Below are positions 45,387 through 57,360 of a stretch of 64,000 bases of DNA, one piece after another. Made by a program: the position numbers and the translations under genes. Each line of letters opens with the position of its first letter. Within the stretch, counting starts at the first letter, position 1. This stretch comes from Escherichia coli (GTDB taxonomy: Bacteria > Pseudomonadota > Gammaproteobacteria > Enterobacterales > Enterobacteriaceae). The notes below the pieces were generated by a model, which saw only the letters and a program-made list of their open reading frames with translations, searched no databases and was not told the origin of the DNA. Location: the NCBI RefSeq assembly GCF_046105845.1, contig NZ_CP151004.1; one strand, written 5' to 3'.

Positions 45387-46334
45387 ATGGATAATCTCGA
45401 CGTTATTTGTATAGGTGCCGCTATTGTTGATATTCCATTGCAACCGGTCAGTAAAAATATCTTTGATGTGGATTCTTATCCTCTTGAAAGAATCGCAATG
45501 ACCACCGGGGGTGATGCAATAAATGAAGCAACAATTATTTCTCGTCTGGGCCATCGCACAGCATTAATGAGTCGTATTGGTAAAGATGCCGCCGGGCAAT
45601 TTATTCTCGACCATTGCCGCAAAGAGAATATTGATATTCAAAGCCTGAAGCAGGACGTCAGCATAGATACCTCTATTAACGTTGGACTGGTGACGGAGGA
45701 TGGCGAGCGGACGTTTGTCACAAACCGTAACGGCAGTCTGTGGAAATTGAATATTGACGATGTTGATTTTGCGCGGTTTTCTCAGGCGAAATTATTATCA
45801 CTGGCCAGTATTTTCAACAGTCCCCTATTGGATGGTAAAGCGCTAACAGAAATTTTTACGCAAGCTAAAGCCCAGCAGATGATTATCTGTGCCGATATGA
45901 TCAAACCGCGGTTGAATGAAACGCTGGATGATATTTGCGAAGCATTGAGTTATGTCGATTATCTGTTTCCTAATTTTGCCGAGGCAAAATTACTCACCGG
46001 GAAAGAGACACTGGATGAAATTGCTGACTGCTTTCTTGCGTGCGGCGTAAAAACGGTGGTGATTAAAACGGGTAAAGACGGCTGCTTTATCAAGCGTGGT
46101 GACATGACGATGAAGGTGCCGGCGGTCGCAGGAATAACCGCCATCGACACTATTGGCGCAGGCGATAACTTTGCTTCTGGCTTTATAGCGGCTCTGTTAG
46201 AAGGCAAAAATCTGCGTGAATGCGCACGCTTTGCCAATGCAACGGCGGCTATCTCGGTTCTAAGCGTCGGTGCCACCACCGGCGTAAAAAACAGAAAGCT
46301 GGTCGAACAATTGCTGGAAGAATACGAAGGATAA
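45387..46334 (+). CDS. ydjH: PfkB-family sugar kinase
   Basis: Track ORF 45366..46334; start moved to Met8 (MDNLDVICIGAAIVD) giving 315 aa; C-terminal GAGDNF motif. Confidence 0.85.
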   Translation: MDNLDVICIGAAIVDIPLQPVSKNIFDVDSYPLERIAMTTGGDAINEATIISRLGHRTALMSRIGKDAAGQFILDHCRKENIDIQSLKQDVSIDTSINVGLVTEDGERTFVTNRNGSLWKLNIDDVDFARFSQAKLLSLASIFNSPLLDGKALTEIFTQAKAQQMIICADMIKPRLNETLDDICEALSYVDYLFPNFAEAKLLTGKETLDEIADCFLACGVKTVVIKTGKDGCFIKRGDMTMKVPAVAGITAIDTIGAGDNFASGFIAALLEGKNLRECARFANATAAISVLSVGATTGVKNRKLVEQLLEEYEG

Positions 46335-46343
46335 TGAAGGCAA

Positions 46344-47324
46344 ATGAAAAAGATACCTTTAGGCACAACGGATATTACGCTTTCACGAATGGGGTTGGGG
46401 ACATGGGCCATTGGCGGCGGTCCTGCATGGAATGGCGATCTCGATCGGCAAATATGTATTGATACGATTCTTGAAGCCCATCGTTGTGGCATTAATCTGA
46501 TTGATACTGCGCCAGGATATAACTTTGGCAATAGTGAAGTTATCGTCGGTCAGGCGTTAAAAAAACTGCCTCGTGAACAGGTTGTAGTAGAAACCAAATG
46601 CGGCATTGTCTGGGAACGAAAAGGAAGTTTATTCAACAAAGTTGGCGATCGGCAGTTGTATAAAAACCTTTCCCCGGAATCTATCCGCGAAGAGGTAGAA
46701 GCCAGCTTGCAACGTCTGGGTATTGATTACATCGATATCTACATGACGCACTGGCAGTCGGTGCCGCCATTTTTTACGCCGATCGCTGAAACTGTCGCAG
46801 TGCTCAATGAGTTAAAGGCCGAAGGGAAAATTCGCGCTATAGGCGCTGCTAACGTCGATGCTGACCATATCCGCGAGTATCTGCAATATGGTGAACTGGA
46901 TATTATTCAGGCGAAATACAGTGTCCTCGACCGGGCAATGGAAAGCGAACTGCTGCCGCTATGTCGTGATAATGGCATTGTGGTACAGGTTTATTCCCCG
47001 TTAGAGCAGGGATTGTTGACCGGCACCATCACGCGTGATTACGTTCCGGGCGGCGCTCGGGCAAATAAAGTCTGGTTCCAGCGTGAAAACATGCTGAAAG
47101 TGATTGATATGCTTGAACAGTGGCAGCCACTCTGTGCTCGTTATCAGTGCACAATTCCCACTCTGGCACTGGCGTGGATATTAAAACAGAGTGATTTAAT
47201 CTCCATTCTTAGTGGGGCTACTGCACCGGAACAGGTACGCGAAAATGTCGCGGCATTGAATATCAACTTATCGGATGCAGACGCAACATTGATGAGGGAA
47301 ATGGCAGAGGCCCTGGAGCGTTAA
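46344..47324 (+). CDS. ydjG: Aldo-keto reductase (NADH-dependent)
   Basis: 326-aa ORF. Confidence 0.85.
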   Translation: MKKIPLGTTDITLSRMGLGTWAIGGGPAWNGDLDRQICIDTILEAHRCGINLIDTAPGYNFGNSEVIVGQALKKLPREQVVVETKCGIVWERKGSLFNKVGDRQLYKNLSPESIREEVEASLQRLGIDYIDIYMTHWQSVPPFFTPIAETVAVLNELKAEGKIRAIGAANVDADHIREYLQYGELDIIQAKYSVLDRAMESELLPLCRDNGIVVQVYSPLEQGLLTGTITRDYVPGGARANKVWFQRENMLKVIDMLEQWQPLCARYQCTIPTLALAWILKQSDLISILSGATAPEQVRENVAALNINLSDADATLMREMAEALER

Positions 47325-47460
47325 ATACTCAACACGATTCACCTCTGTTTCTGTGAAAACTGTGATGAAAATCTGTGATTCAAACAGGTTATTTTGAAAG
47401 TAAACATCGGTTATGCGATAATCGCGCTAATGTGATGTAAAAAGATACAGGGGTGTAATC

Positions 47461-48219
47461 GTGGCGGCAAAAGACAGGATTCAGGCAATTAAGCAAATGG
47501 TTGCCAACGATAAAAAGGTGACAGTCTCAAATTTGAGTGGGATTTTTCAGGTAACCGAAGAAACCATTCGCCGCGATCTTGAGAAGCTGGAAGATGAAGG
47601 CTTTTTGACCAGAACCTATGGTGGTGCTGTTTTAAATACAGCGATGTTGACGGAGAATATCCATTTTTATAAGCGCGCTTCATCGTTTTATGAAGAGAAG
47701 CAGCTTATTGCACGCAAGGCACTATCCTTTATCGACAATAAAACCACTATGGCAGCCGATTCCAGTAGTACCGTTATGGAATTGCTCAAATTGTTGCAGG
47801 ACCGTAGTGACCTGACGTTGCTAACTAACTCGGCGGAAGCGATTCATGTTCTGGCTCAATCAGAAATTAAAGTCGTTTCAACGGGGGGGGAACTAAACAA
47901 AAATACACTTTCCCTGCAAGGAAGAATTACTAAAGAGATCATCAGCCGCTACCATGTCGATATCATGGTAATGAGTTGTAAAGGTCTTGATATTAACAGC
48001 GGCGCGCTGGACTCTAACGAAGCGGAAGCTGAAATCAAAAAGACAATGATCCGTCAGGCGACAGAGGTTGCGTTATTGGTTGATCACTCTAAGTTTGATC
48101 GCAAAGCTTTTGTCCAGTTAGCTGACTTTAGTCATATTAATTACATAATAACTGATAAATCACCGGGTGCAGAGTGGATAGCATTTTGCAAAGACAATAA
48201 TATCCAGCTGGTGTGGTAA
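47461..48219 (+). CDS. ydjF: DeoR-family transcriptional regulator
   Basis: 252-aa ORF with GTG start; N-terminal HTH and C-terminal DeoR sugar-binding-type domain. Confidence 0.85.
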   Translation: MAAKDRIQAIKQMVANDKKVTVSNLSGIFQVTEETIRRDLEKLEDEGFLTRTYGGAVLNTAMLTENIHFYKRASSFYEEKQLIARKALSFIDNKTTMAADSSSTVMELLKLLQDRSDLTLLTNSAEAIHVLAQSEIKVVSTGGELNKNTLSLQGRITKEIISRYHVDIMVMSCKGLDINSGALDSNEAEAEIKKTMIRQATEVALLVDHSKFDRKAFVQLADFSHINYIITDKSPGAEWIAFCKDNNIQLVW

Positions 48220-48335
48220 TTTAAGCACACGTTGTCAATATTATTTGTTCCTGCGCCTGGAAATAAAATGATGATAAAGATGCGGCAAGTGAATTTGCCG
48301 CAATTGCTACCTTTTTAGCAAATCCGAGGCACCTA

Positions 48336-49694
48336 ATGGAACAATATGATCAAATTGGCGCAAGACTGGACCGCTTGCCTTTGGCCCGGTTTCATTATCG
48401 TATATTTGGTATTATAAGCTTTAGTCTGTTATTAACGGGTTTTTTGAGTTATTCAGGCAATGTTGTTTTAGCAAAGCTGGTAAGCAATGGATGGTCAAAT
48501 AATTTCCTCAATGCCGCCTTTACCTCGGCATTAATGTTTGGTTATTTCATCGGCTCTCTTACCGGTGGGTTCATCGGTGATTATTTTGGGCGGCGCAGGG
48601 CTTTTCGCATAAATCTTCTCATCGTCGGTATTGCGGCAACAGGGGCCGCTTTTGTCCCTGATATGTACTGGCTCATTTTCTTTCGCTTCCTGATGGGCAC
48701 AGGAATGGGGGCGCTGATTATGGTTGGCTATGCTTCGTTTACGGAGTTTATCCCCGCGACGGTGCGTGGAAAATGGTCCGCGCGGCTGTCATTTGTCGGT
48801 AACTGGTCGCCCATGCTGTCTGCGGCGATAGGCGTGGTGGTTATCGCTTTTTTTAGTTGGCGGATAATGTTTCTGCTGGGTGGTATTGGCATACTGTTAG
48901 CCTGGTTTCTCTCAGGTAAATACTTTATTGAGTCGCCTCGATGGTTGGCGGGGAAAGGGCAAATCGCAGGTGCAGAAAGCCAACTTCGTGAAGTAGAGCA
49001 GCAAATTGAAAGAGAGAAGAGTGTTCGTTTACCCCCGCTTACTTTGAATCAGAGCAACAGCAAGGCTAACGTAATCAATGGTACTTTCTGGCTGCTGTTT
49101 AAAGGGGAAATGTTACGACGTACATTAGTCGCGATTACTGTTTTAATTGCAATGAACATTTCACTTTATACCATCACCGTATGGATACCGACCATATTTG
49201 TTAACTCCGGCATTGATGTCGATAAATCAATATTAATGACTGCTGTTATTATGATTGGCGCTCCGGTAGGAATATTTATTGCGGCATTAATTATTGATCA
49301 TTTTCCTCGTCGATTATTTGGCTCCGCCTTACTTATTATTATTGCCGTGTTAGGCTATATCTATTCAATTCAAACTACAGAGTGGGCGATTTTAATCTAT
49401 GGCCTGGTGATGATCTTCTTTTTATACATGTATGTTTGCTTCGCGTCGGCGGTTTATATCCCGGAGCTTTGGCCAACGCATTTACGCTTGCGCGGTTCGG
49501 GTTTCGTTAATGCCGTCGGACGGATCGTCGCGGTCTTCACGCCTTATGGCGTTGCGGCACTATTAACGCATTATGGGTCAATCACGGTGTTTATGGTGCT
49601 TGGCGTGATGTTAGTGCTCTGTGCGCTGGTCCTCTCCATTTTTGGCATCGAAACGCGGAAGGTGTCATTGGAAGAGATTTCTGAGGTGAATTAA
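48336..49694 (+). CDS. ydjE: MFS transporter, paralogous to ydjK
   Basis: 452-aa polytopic ORF with the same N-terminal motif as YdjK (LDRLP...RFHY). Confidence 0.85.
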   Translation: MEQYDQIGARLDRLPLARFHYRIFGIISFSLLLTGFLSYSGNVVLAKLVSNGWSNNFLNAAFTSALMFGYFIGSLTGGFIGDYFGRRRAFRINLLIVGIAATGAAFVPDMYWLIFFRFLMGTGMGALIMVGYASFTEFIPATVRGKWSARLSFVGNWSPMLSAAIGVVVIAFFSWRIMFLLGGIGILLAWFLSGKYFIESPRWLAGKGQIAGAESQLREVEQQIEREKSVRLPPLTLNQSNSKANVINGTFWLLFKGEMLRRTLVAITVLIAMNISLYTITVWIPTIFVNSGIDVDKSILMTAVIMIGAPVGIFIAALIIDHFPRRLFGSALLIIIAVLGYIYSIQTTEWAILIYGLVMIFFLYMYVCFASAVYIPELWPTHLRLRGSGFVNAVGRIVAVFTPYGVAALLTHYGSITVFMVLGVMLVLCALVLSIFGIETRKVSLEEISEVN

Positions 49695-49786
49695 ATCTTT
49701 CGTTGATGGCGTCAATTGCCAGATGTACCACTGACGTGTTTTATCTGGCCTACAATGGCAGTACAGAATTGTAGGCCAGCATAAAA

Positions 49787-50428
49787 TTACTCCTGCGTCT
49801 CTTCCCAATCTGCCAGCGTATATAGCGTTGCCCCAGCTGCTGACATCTCCATAAACGCGTGCGCACTGTCCTGTGGCTGGATATTCACGCCACGACAACC
49901 ATCGGTAATCACATTAACCTTATAACCTAACTGTAACGCGTCCAGCACGGTAAACTTCACGCAATAGTCAGTAGCCAGGCCCATAATGATCAATTCATCG
50001 ATTTCATGATCGCGTAACCAGTCATCGAGCGTGGTTTTCTGCCGACGGCCGTTATCAAAAAAGGCACTGTAACTGTCAACTAAAGGATTTTCGCCTTTAT
50101 GGAACACCGCTGCGATCGCTTTTTGGTTCAGTAACGGATGTAATTGTGCGCCTTCACTGTTCTGCACACAGTGATCTGGCCAGAAGGTTTGTGGCAAACC
50201 GTCGAGTTGGCCTGGCGTATAAGGCTCTACACCGTGCTGACTGGCAAAACTGCCGTGATTCGCCGGGTGCCAGTCCTGACTGGCGATAACCGCTTCACCG
50301 CGCGACTGGCACCAGTCAATCAGGCGGTTAGCGACATCCACCGTACTGTCACCTTCCGGCACGGCGAGCGCGCCACCAGCACAGAAATCATTTTGTAAAT
50401 CGACCAGTAACAGGGCGCGAGGGGGCAT
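49787..50428 (-). CDS. pncA: Nicotinamidase/pyrazinamidase
   Basis: Track ORF 49787..50446; start moved to MPPRALLLVDLQNDFC giving 213 aa. Confidence 0.9.
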   Translation of the reverse strand: MPPRALLLVDLQNDFCAGGALAVPEGDSTVDVANRLIDWCQSRGEAVIASQDWHPANHGSFASQHGVEPYTPGQLDGLPQTFWPDHCVQNSEGAQLHPLLNQKAIAAVFHKGENPLVDSYSAFFDNGRRQKTTLDDWLRDHEIDELIIMGLATDYCVKFTVLDALQLGYKVNVITDGCRGVNIQPQDSAHAFMEMSAAGATLYTLADWEETQE

Positions 50429-50438
50429 TGCAGTCTCC

Positions 50439-51455
50439 TTAATCATCCGGCGTCAGTTCGCCGCGCAGGTTTTGGCTCATGGCCTTGCGAATGGTTTCAG
50501 TATCCAGTTCCTGGCTAAGCAGGTAATGCAGTTTGGTTAGTGTGGCTTCTACAGTCATATCTGCACCGCCAATAACGCCGGCATGGGCGAGGGCGTTACC
50601 GGTGGCATAACCACCCATGTTCACTTTACCGGACATACATTGTGTCAGGTTGACCACCACAATACCGCGATCGCTGGCTTCTTGTAATTCCTGCAGGAAG
50701 GCTTTGTTTTGTGGCGCATTACCCACGCCATATGAGCGCAGAATCAATGCTTTCACAGGTTGGCGCAGAAAATTGCGCACGACGTCAGCAGAAATCCCCG
50801 GATAAATCGTCACTACGCCAATTGGTTGCGGCGTGATTGGATGAACGATCAATTCCCCTTCACCGTGCGGGGCGGGTGGCGTATTCAAACGACGAATATG
50901 GATACCTGCTTCCAGTAACGGAGGAAGGTTTGGAGAGGCAAACGCATCAAAACCATCGGCATGGGCTTTGGTGGTACGGTTGCCACGATAAAGTCGGTTA
51001 TTAAAAAAGAGAGTTACTTCGTTGGTAGGATAATTCGCCGCAACGTACAACGCATTCAGCAGATTAATTTGTCCGTCAGAGCGTAACTCAGCTAGCGGGA
51101 TTTGTGACCCTGTCACAATAACCGGTTTACCGAGATTCTCGAGCATGAACGACAGCGCAGAGGCGGTATACGCCATCGTGTCGGTGCCGTGCAGAATGAC
51201 AAAACCATCATAGTCGTCATAATGCGCTTTAATATCTTCAGCAATATGCTGCCAGTCTTCTGGCGTCATATCTGAAGAGTCCATCAGCGGCGTATATTCA
51301 TGAATGGTGAAATCTGGCATCTCCGGGCGATGGAATTCCGGCATCAGCGCCAGTTGGCGCTGTAGATGACCTGACACCGGAATATAACCCTGCTCGGAAC
51401 GCTGCATCCCGATGGTCCCGCCCGTGTAGGCGACGTAAATTGATTTCTTTTGCAT
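50439..51455 (-). CDS. ansA: Cytoplasmic L-asparaginase 1
   Basis: Track ORF 50439..51647; start moved to Met65 (MQKKSIYVAYTGGTIGM) giving 338 aa. Confidence 0.9.
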   Translation of the reverse strand: MQKKSIYVAYTGGTIGMQRSEQGYIPVSGHLQRQLALMPEFHRPEMPDFTIHEYTPLMDSSDMTPEDWQHIAEDIKAHYDDYDGFVILHGTDTMAYTASALSFMLENLGKPVIVTGSQIPLAELRSDGQINLLNALYVAANYPTNEVTLFFNNRLYRGNRTTKAHADGFDAFASPNLPPLLEAGIHIRRLNTPPAPHGEGELIVHPITPQPIGVVTIYPGISADVVRNFLRQPVKALILRSYGVGNAPQNKAFLQELQEASDRGIVVVNLTQCMSGKVNMGGYATGNALAHAGVIGGADMTVEATLTKLHYLLSQELDTETIRKAMSQNLRGELTPDD

Positions 51456-51619
51456 GATATTGATATGAATGATATCGAAAGAGCAAAAGTATATACGTGA
51501 GGCAGGGGGAGCGCACCTGATACTATGCGGATAAGGAAATATGGGGCGAGACAGCGGGAAGAGGATTCGTCGAGGTAAAAAAATGTGGCCGACGATCTGT
51601 CGGCCACTCAGTACAAGAC

Positions 51620-53476
51620 TTAACGCACGTTGGCGCAGGTCAGGCAAAACGCATAACGGTTTTGTGGGTCGTTAAACGCTGCCAGCTTGTCGCTTTCACT
51701 TTTAACGGTAGAGGCTACCGAGGCCAGCGGTGCAGGTAACATGGCCTGGAACGCATCTGGCAACATTGCCCGGACAGAACCAGACATGTTGTCCATCACT
51801 TTGTCGAAGAAGGTCGGTTCATCAACGTAGTATTCCAGATGCCACTGTTTCACTTTTGCCAGCTCTGCTGCTTTGGCGACCGCATCATCGAAATCACCGA
51901 GACTATCGACCAGCCCGTTAGCTTTTGCATCCTGACCGGTCCAGACGTGGCCCTGGGCGATTTTATCAATCTGCTCCGGCGTCGAATGACGCGCATCAGC
52001 AACCAGCGTGATAAAGCGTTTATAGCCATTCTCAATGCTTAACTGCATCATCTGCTGCGCTTCCGGCGGCAGTGCCTTGGTGATAGAAACATCCGCCAAC
52101 GGTGAAGTTGATACACCATCAGTATGAACACCAATCGAATCCAGACTATTTTCTACGGTGGTGATCACGCCGAAGATACCGATAGAACCGGTCAGGGTGC
52201 TGGGGTTAGCCACAATGTAATTAGCTGGTGTGGAAATCCAGTAACCACCAGATGCCGCCATGCCGCCCATCGATACAACCACAGGCTTACCCGCTGCCCG
52301 GGCTGCTGCCAGTTCAGCGCGAATCACTTCAGACGCGGTAACGCTGCCACCTGGGCTATTAACACGCAGAACAATCGCTTTCACTTTCGGGTCAAGGCGA
52401 GCGTCGCGGATTTGTGCCGCAGTGGTATCACCGCCAACATTCCCCTGAGTTTCCTCGCCATCCATAATTGCGCCATTAGCGAAGACGACACCGATACTGT
52501 CACCGGTATCTGCCGGCGTTTTCAATGCGTAATCGTAATAACTGATGGCGCGATAATTTTTATCAGTCTTACTCCAGCCGAACTCTTTGGTCAGAGCTTT
52601 TTCGATTTCCGCACTCGATGCCAGTGCATCGACCAGCTTGTTTTCCAGCGCATATTTCGCGGTATCGCCACCGGTTTTGGTTAAACCCTCAAGCAACCCT
52701 TGCGCGCCAGGGAATACCTGCTGAGCAGGGATCTGCCGGTTAGCGGCAACAGTATTCAGATAGTTTTGCCACAGCTCACCAATCCAGCGGCTGTCAGCTT
52801 CGCGAGCTGCCGGCGACATATCATCACGAATAAACGGTTCAACGGCAGATTTATACGTACCCACGCGGAACACATGGGTGGAAACTTTCAGCTTATCCAG
52901 TAACGATTTGTAGTACAGACCGTTGGTGGCAAAACCGTGCAGATCAACCACGCCTTGCGGAGACAGCCAAATTTTATTGGCGAAACTGGCGAGATAATAT
53001 TGCCCCTGGCTGTAGTTCTCGCCAACGGCATAAACCGGTTTCCCGCTGTCACGAAACTCTTTCAGGGCTTTGCCGATGTATTGCATAGACGGCTGGTCGC
53101 CGCCTGCGAAGTTTTTCAGATCCATCACGATACCGGTGATATTGCGGTCATCCTTCGCCTGGCGAATGGTATTGACGATATCAAACAGTGAGTTTTCCTG
53201 CAGACGATCGGAACTGGCACCAAGCAGTTGGCGGCTTAATTTACTAAACCGCTGAGAACTGTCGGGTTTATCGACGATCACACCAGAAATGTCCAGCAGC
53301 AGTGCGCCACGACTGGCCGTTTCTTTCGAATCACCACCACTGACCTGCATCCAAATCCCCACACCAACCAGTACGAGAAAAATAAAGAACAGGTTAAGTA
53401 CCATTTCACGGACGAAATTCAGCAGACGCCACGTCCATTTAAAAAATCCGGCAATAAATCGCCAAAGGGTTCGCAT
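51620..53476 (-). CDS. sppA: Signal peptide peptidase A (protease IV)
   Basis: Track ORF 51620..53488; start moved to [10 protein letters not shown] giving 618 aa. Confidence 0.9.
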
Positions 53477-53636
53477 GTATTCTCCCAACTTAAGGTCACA
53501 CCTGTTTCAGGCGCAATAGATGTGGTTATCGTAATGACCCAACCGGCACTTGTCAGCAGGAATTGCGGACTGTGCTGTAACAAAATCCACTCTCGTGTTA
53601 ATTTTGTGAATAAATATCATGACAGGAGTTAATCAA

Positions 53637-54188
53637 ATGGATGCACTCGAACTATTGATCAATCGCCGTAGCGCCTCCCGCCTGGCTGAACCTGCGCCAA
53701 CGGGTGAACAACTGCAAAACATCCTGCGTGCGGGTATGCGTGCCCCGGACCATAAATCCATGCAACCGTGGCATTTTTTTGTGATTGAAGGGGAAGGACG
53801 CGAGCGTTTCAGCGCATTATTGGAACAGGGGGCGATTGCTGCCGGTAGTGATGACAAAGCTATCGACAAAGCGCGTAATGCGCCGTTCCGCGCACCGCTC
53901 ATCATAACGGTGGTGGCAAAATGCGAAGAAAATCATAAAGTCCCGCGCTGGGAACAGGAAATGTCTGCGGGATGCGCGGTCATGGCGATGCAAATGGCAG
54001 CAGTTGCCCAGGGGTTTGGCGGCATCTGGCGCAGTGGCGCATTAACTGAAAGTCCGGTAGTGCGTGAAGCATTCGGTTGCCGTGAGCAGGATAAAATTGT
54101 CGGTTTTCTCTACCTTGGTACGCCGCAGTTGAAAGCATCTACGTCGATAAACGTTCCGGACCCGACGCCGTTTGTGACTTATTTCTGA
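53637..54188 (+). CDS. ydjA: Nitroreductase-family protein
   Basis: Track ORF 53619..54188; start moved to [16 protein letters not shown] giving 183 aa. Confidence 0.85.
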   Translation: MDALELLINRRSASRLAEPAPTGEQLQNILRAGMRAPDHKSMQPWHFFVIEGEGRERFSALLEQGAIAAGSDDKAIDKARNAPFRAPLIITVVAKCEENHKVPRWEQEMSAGCAVMAMQMAAVAQGFGGIWRSGALTESPVVREAFGCREQDKIVGFLYLGTPQLKASTSINVPDPTPFVTYF

Positions 54189-54304
54189 TAATTGTCGCGA
54201 AACTGTCTGGATTGTGAGCAAAGGCGCAGGAATTCAGACACTCTCACTTATCACTTCACGGAATGAGGGTTACCATACCCGGATTGCATTGACAGGAGAT
54301 GTCC

Positions 54305-55348
54305 ATGAGCGAGAACTCGATTCGTTTGACCCAATACAGCCACGGAGCTGGTTGCGGCTGTAAAATTTCCCCAAAAGTGTTGGAAACCATCCTGCACAGT
54401 GAGCAGGCGAAGTTTGTTGATCCGAATTTGCTTGTGGGTAATGAAACCCGCGACGATGCGGCGGTGTACGATCTGGGCAATGGCACCAGCGTTATCAGTA
54501 CCACCGACTTCTTTATGCCGATCGTTGATAATCCTTTCGATTTTGGCCGCATTGCGGCGACTAACGCCATCAGCGATATCTTCGCGATGGGGGGCAAACC
54601 GATTATGGCGATTGCGATCCTCGGCTGGCCTATTAACAAACTTTCCCCTGAAATTGCCCGCGAAGTAACCGAAGGTGGACGCTATGCATGCCGTCAGGCG
54701 GGTATTGCGCTGGCTGGCGGTCACTCCATCGATGCGCCGGAGCCGATTTTTGGTCTGGCGGTAACGGGGATCGTACCGACCGAGCGAGTGAAGAAAAACA
54801 GTACCGCACAAGCCGGATGTAAACTGTTCCTGACGAAACCGCTGGGGATCGGCGTTCTTACCACGGCTGAGAAAAAATCACTGCTGAAACCAGAACATCA
54901 GGGACTGGCGACGGAAGTGATGTGCCGGATGAACATCGCAGGCGCGTCCTTTGCCAACATCGAAGGCGTAAAAGCGATGACCGACGTTACGGGCTTTGGT
55001 CTGCTGGGGCATTTAAGCGAAATGTGTCAGGGGGCTGGTGTGCAGGCGCGCGTCGACTATGAAGCGATCCCGAAACTGCCGGGGGTTGAAGAGTACATTA
55101 AGTTGGGCGCAGTGCCTGGCGGCACCGAACGTAACTTTGCCAGCTACGGTCATCTGATGGGTGAAATGCCGCGTGAAGTGCGCGATCTGCTGTGCGATCC
55201 GCAAACTTCTGGCGGTCTGCTGCTGGCGGTCATGCCGGAAGCAGAAAATGAGGTCAAAGCTACAGCCGCCGAGTTTGGCATTGAACTGACGGCGATTGGC
55301 GAACTGGTGCCAGCGCGCGGCGGTCGTGCCATGGTTGAGATCCGTTAA
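54305..55348 (+). CDS. selD: Selenide, water dikinase (selenophosphate synthetase)
   Basis: Track ORF 54299..55348; start moved to [24 protein letters not shown] giving 347 aa. Confidence 0.9.
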
Positions 55349-55352
55349 TTCA

Positions 55353-57299
55353 ATGCGGTTGTTTATTGCCGAAAAACCGAGTCTGGCGCGCGCCATTGCT
55401 GATGTCCTGCCCAAACCGCACCGGAAAGGCGATGGCTTTATCGAGTGCGGTAATGGTCAGGTGGTGACCTGGTGTATCGGTCACCTGCTTGAGCAGGCGC
55501 AGCCAGACGCCTACGACAGCCGCTATGCGCGCTGGAATCTTGCGGATTTGCCGATTGTCCCGGAAAAGTGGCAATTACAGCCCCGACCCTCCGTGACTAA
55601 ACAACTTAATGTCATCAAACGCTTCCTGCATGAAGCCAGCGAAATCGTTCACGCCGGTGACCCGGATCGCGAAGGGCAATTACTGGTGGATGAAGTGCTG
55701 GACTATCTGCAACTGGCACCGGAAAAGCGCCAGCAGGTACAGCGTTGTTTGATAAACGACATGAACCCGCAGGCGGTTGAGCGGGCGATCGATCGTCTTC
55801 GTTCCAACAGTGAGTTTGTGCCGTTGTGCGTTTCTGCACTGGCGCGGGCCCGAGCCGACTGGCTGTACGGCATCAATATGACCCGCGCTTACACCATTCT
55901 CGGTCGCAATGCGGGTTATCAGGGCGTGCTTTCCGTGGGACGCGTGCAGACGCCCGTACTCGGACTGGTGGTGCGCCGCGACGAAGAGATTGAAAACTTC
56001 GTGGCGAAAGATTTCTTTGAAGTCAAAGCGCATATCGTGACACCTGCCGATGAGCGGTTTACCGCTATCTGGCAACCGAGCGAAGCGTGTGAACCTTATC
56101 AGGATGAAGAAGGACGCTTGTTACATCGTCCGCTGGCGGAGCATGTGGTTAACCGCATCAGCGGTCAACCGGCTATTGTCACCAGCTATAACGATAAACG
56201 GGAATCAGAATCCGCGCCGCTGCCGTTTTCGCTTTCGGCGTTGCAGATTGAAGCGGCTAAACGCTTTGGTCTGAGCGCGCAGAACGTGCTTGATATCTGC
56301 CAGAAGTTGTACGAAACGCACAAGCTAATCACTTATCCGCGTTCCGATTGTCGCTATCTGCCGGAAGAGCATTTTGCCGGACGCCACGCAGTGATGAATG
56401 CCATCAGCGTTCATACACCGGGCTTGTTACCGCAGCCAGTGGTCGATCCAGATATACGCAACCGCTGCTGGGATGACAAAAAGGTCGATGCGCACCACGC
56501 CATCATCCCGACCGCACGGAGTTCTGCGATCAACCTGACGGAGAACGAAGCGAAGGTCTATAACCTGATTGCCCGTCAGTATTTGATGCAATTCTGCCCG
56601 GATGCGGTGTTCCGCAAGTGTGTTATCGAACTGGACATTGCCAAAGGCAAATTTGTCGCTAAAGCCCGTTTTCTTGCTGAAGCAGGCTGGCGCACGCTGT
56701 TAGGCAGCAAAGAGCGCGATGAAGAAAACGACGGCACGCCGCTGCCTGTGGTGGCGAAAGGCGATGAATTGTTGTGCGAAAAAGGTGAAGTGGTAGAGCG
56801 GCAAACCCAGCCGCCGCGCCATTTTACCGATGCAACACTGCTTTCGGCGATGACCGGGATCGCGCGCTTTGTGCAGGACAAAGATCTGAAAAAGATCCTT
56901 CGTGCGACCGATGGTCTGGGGACAGAAGCAACGCGTGCCGGGATTATTGAACTGTTGTTCAAGCGTGGTTTCCTGACCAAAAAAGGGCGCTATATCCACT
57001 CCACCGACGCCGGAAAAGCGTTATTCCATTCGCTGCCAGAAATGGCTACGCGACCGGATATGACCGCGCACTGGGAATCGGTGCTGACGCAAATCAGCGA
57101 AAAGCAGTGTCGCTACCAGGACTTTATGCAGCCGCTGGTGGGGACGCTTTACCAACTGATTGATCAGGCTCGTAGCACTCCGGTCAGACGGTTTAGAGGA
57201 ATTGTGGCACCAGGTGGGGGGGCTGTTAAAAAAGCACCCAATAAGCGAGTAAAAAAAGCGGCAAAGCCCAAAAAAGATAATACGGATTCTGCTAATTAA
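55353..57299 (+). CDS. topB: DNA topoisomerase III
   Basis: Track ORF 55296..57299; start set to [14 protein letters not shown], 4 nt after the selD stop; lysine-rich C-terminus. Confidence 0.9.
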   Translation: MRLFIAEKPSLARAIADVLPKPHRKGDGFIECGNGQVVTWCIGHLLEQAQPDAYDSRYARWNLADLPIVPEKWQLQPRPSVTKQLNVIKRFLHEASEIVHAGDPDREGQLLVDEVLDYLQLAPEKRQQVQRCLINDMNPQAVERAIDRLRSNSEFVPLCVSALARARADWLYGINMTRAYTILGRNAGYQGVLSVGRVQTPVLGLVVRRDEEIENFVAKDFFEVKAHIVTPADERFTAIWQPSEACEPYQDEEGRLLHRPLAEHVVNRISGQPAIVTSYNDKRESESAPLPFSLSALQIEAAKRFGLSAQNVLDICQKLYETHKLITYPRSDCRYLPEEHFAGRHAVMNAISVHTPGLLPQPVVDPDIRNRCWDDKKVDAHHAIIPTARSSAINLTENEAKVYNLIARQYLMQFCPDAVFRKCVIELDIAKGKFVAKARFLAEAGWRTLLGSKERDEENDGTPLPVVAKGDELLCEKGEVVERQTQPPRHFTDATLLSAMTGIARFVQDKDLKKILRATDGLGTEATRAGIIELLFKRGFLTKKGRYIHSTDAGKALFHSLPEMATRPDMTAHWESVLTQISEKQCRYQDFMQPLVGTLYQLIDQARSTPVRRFRGIVAPGGGAVKKAPNKRVKKAAKPKKDNTDSAN

Positions 57300-57320
57300 T
57301 TCGTTTTCCACTCTAAAACA

Positions 57321-57360
57321 AAGCCAATGGTAGATATTCCGCCATTGGCTTTATTGGTTA
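57321..57360 (+). terminator. Candidate terminator of topB
   Basis: Perfect 10-bp stem AAGCCAATGG/CCATTGGCTT with 11-nt loop followed by TTATTGGTT, about 20 nt after the topB stop. Confidence 0.5.

Noticed and set aside
52124-52684. 186-aa plus-strand ORF
   Set aside because: Antisense within sppA; no domain signal.
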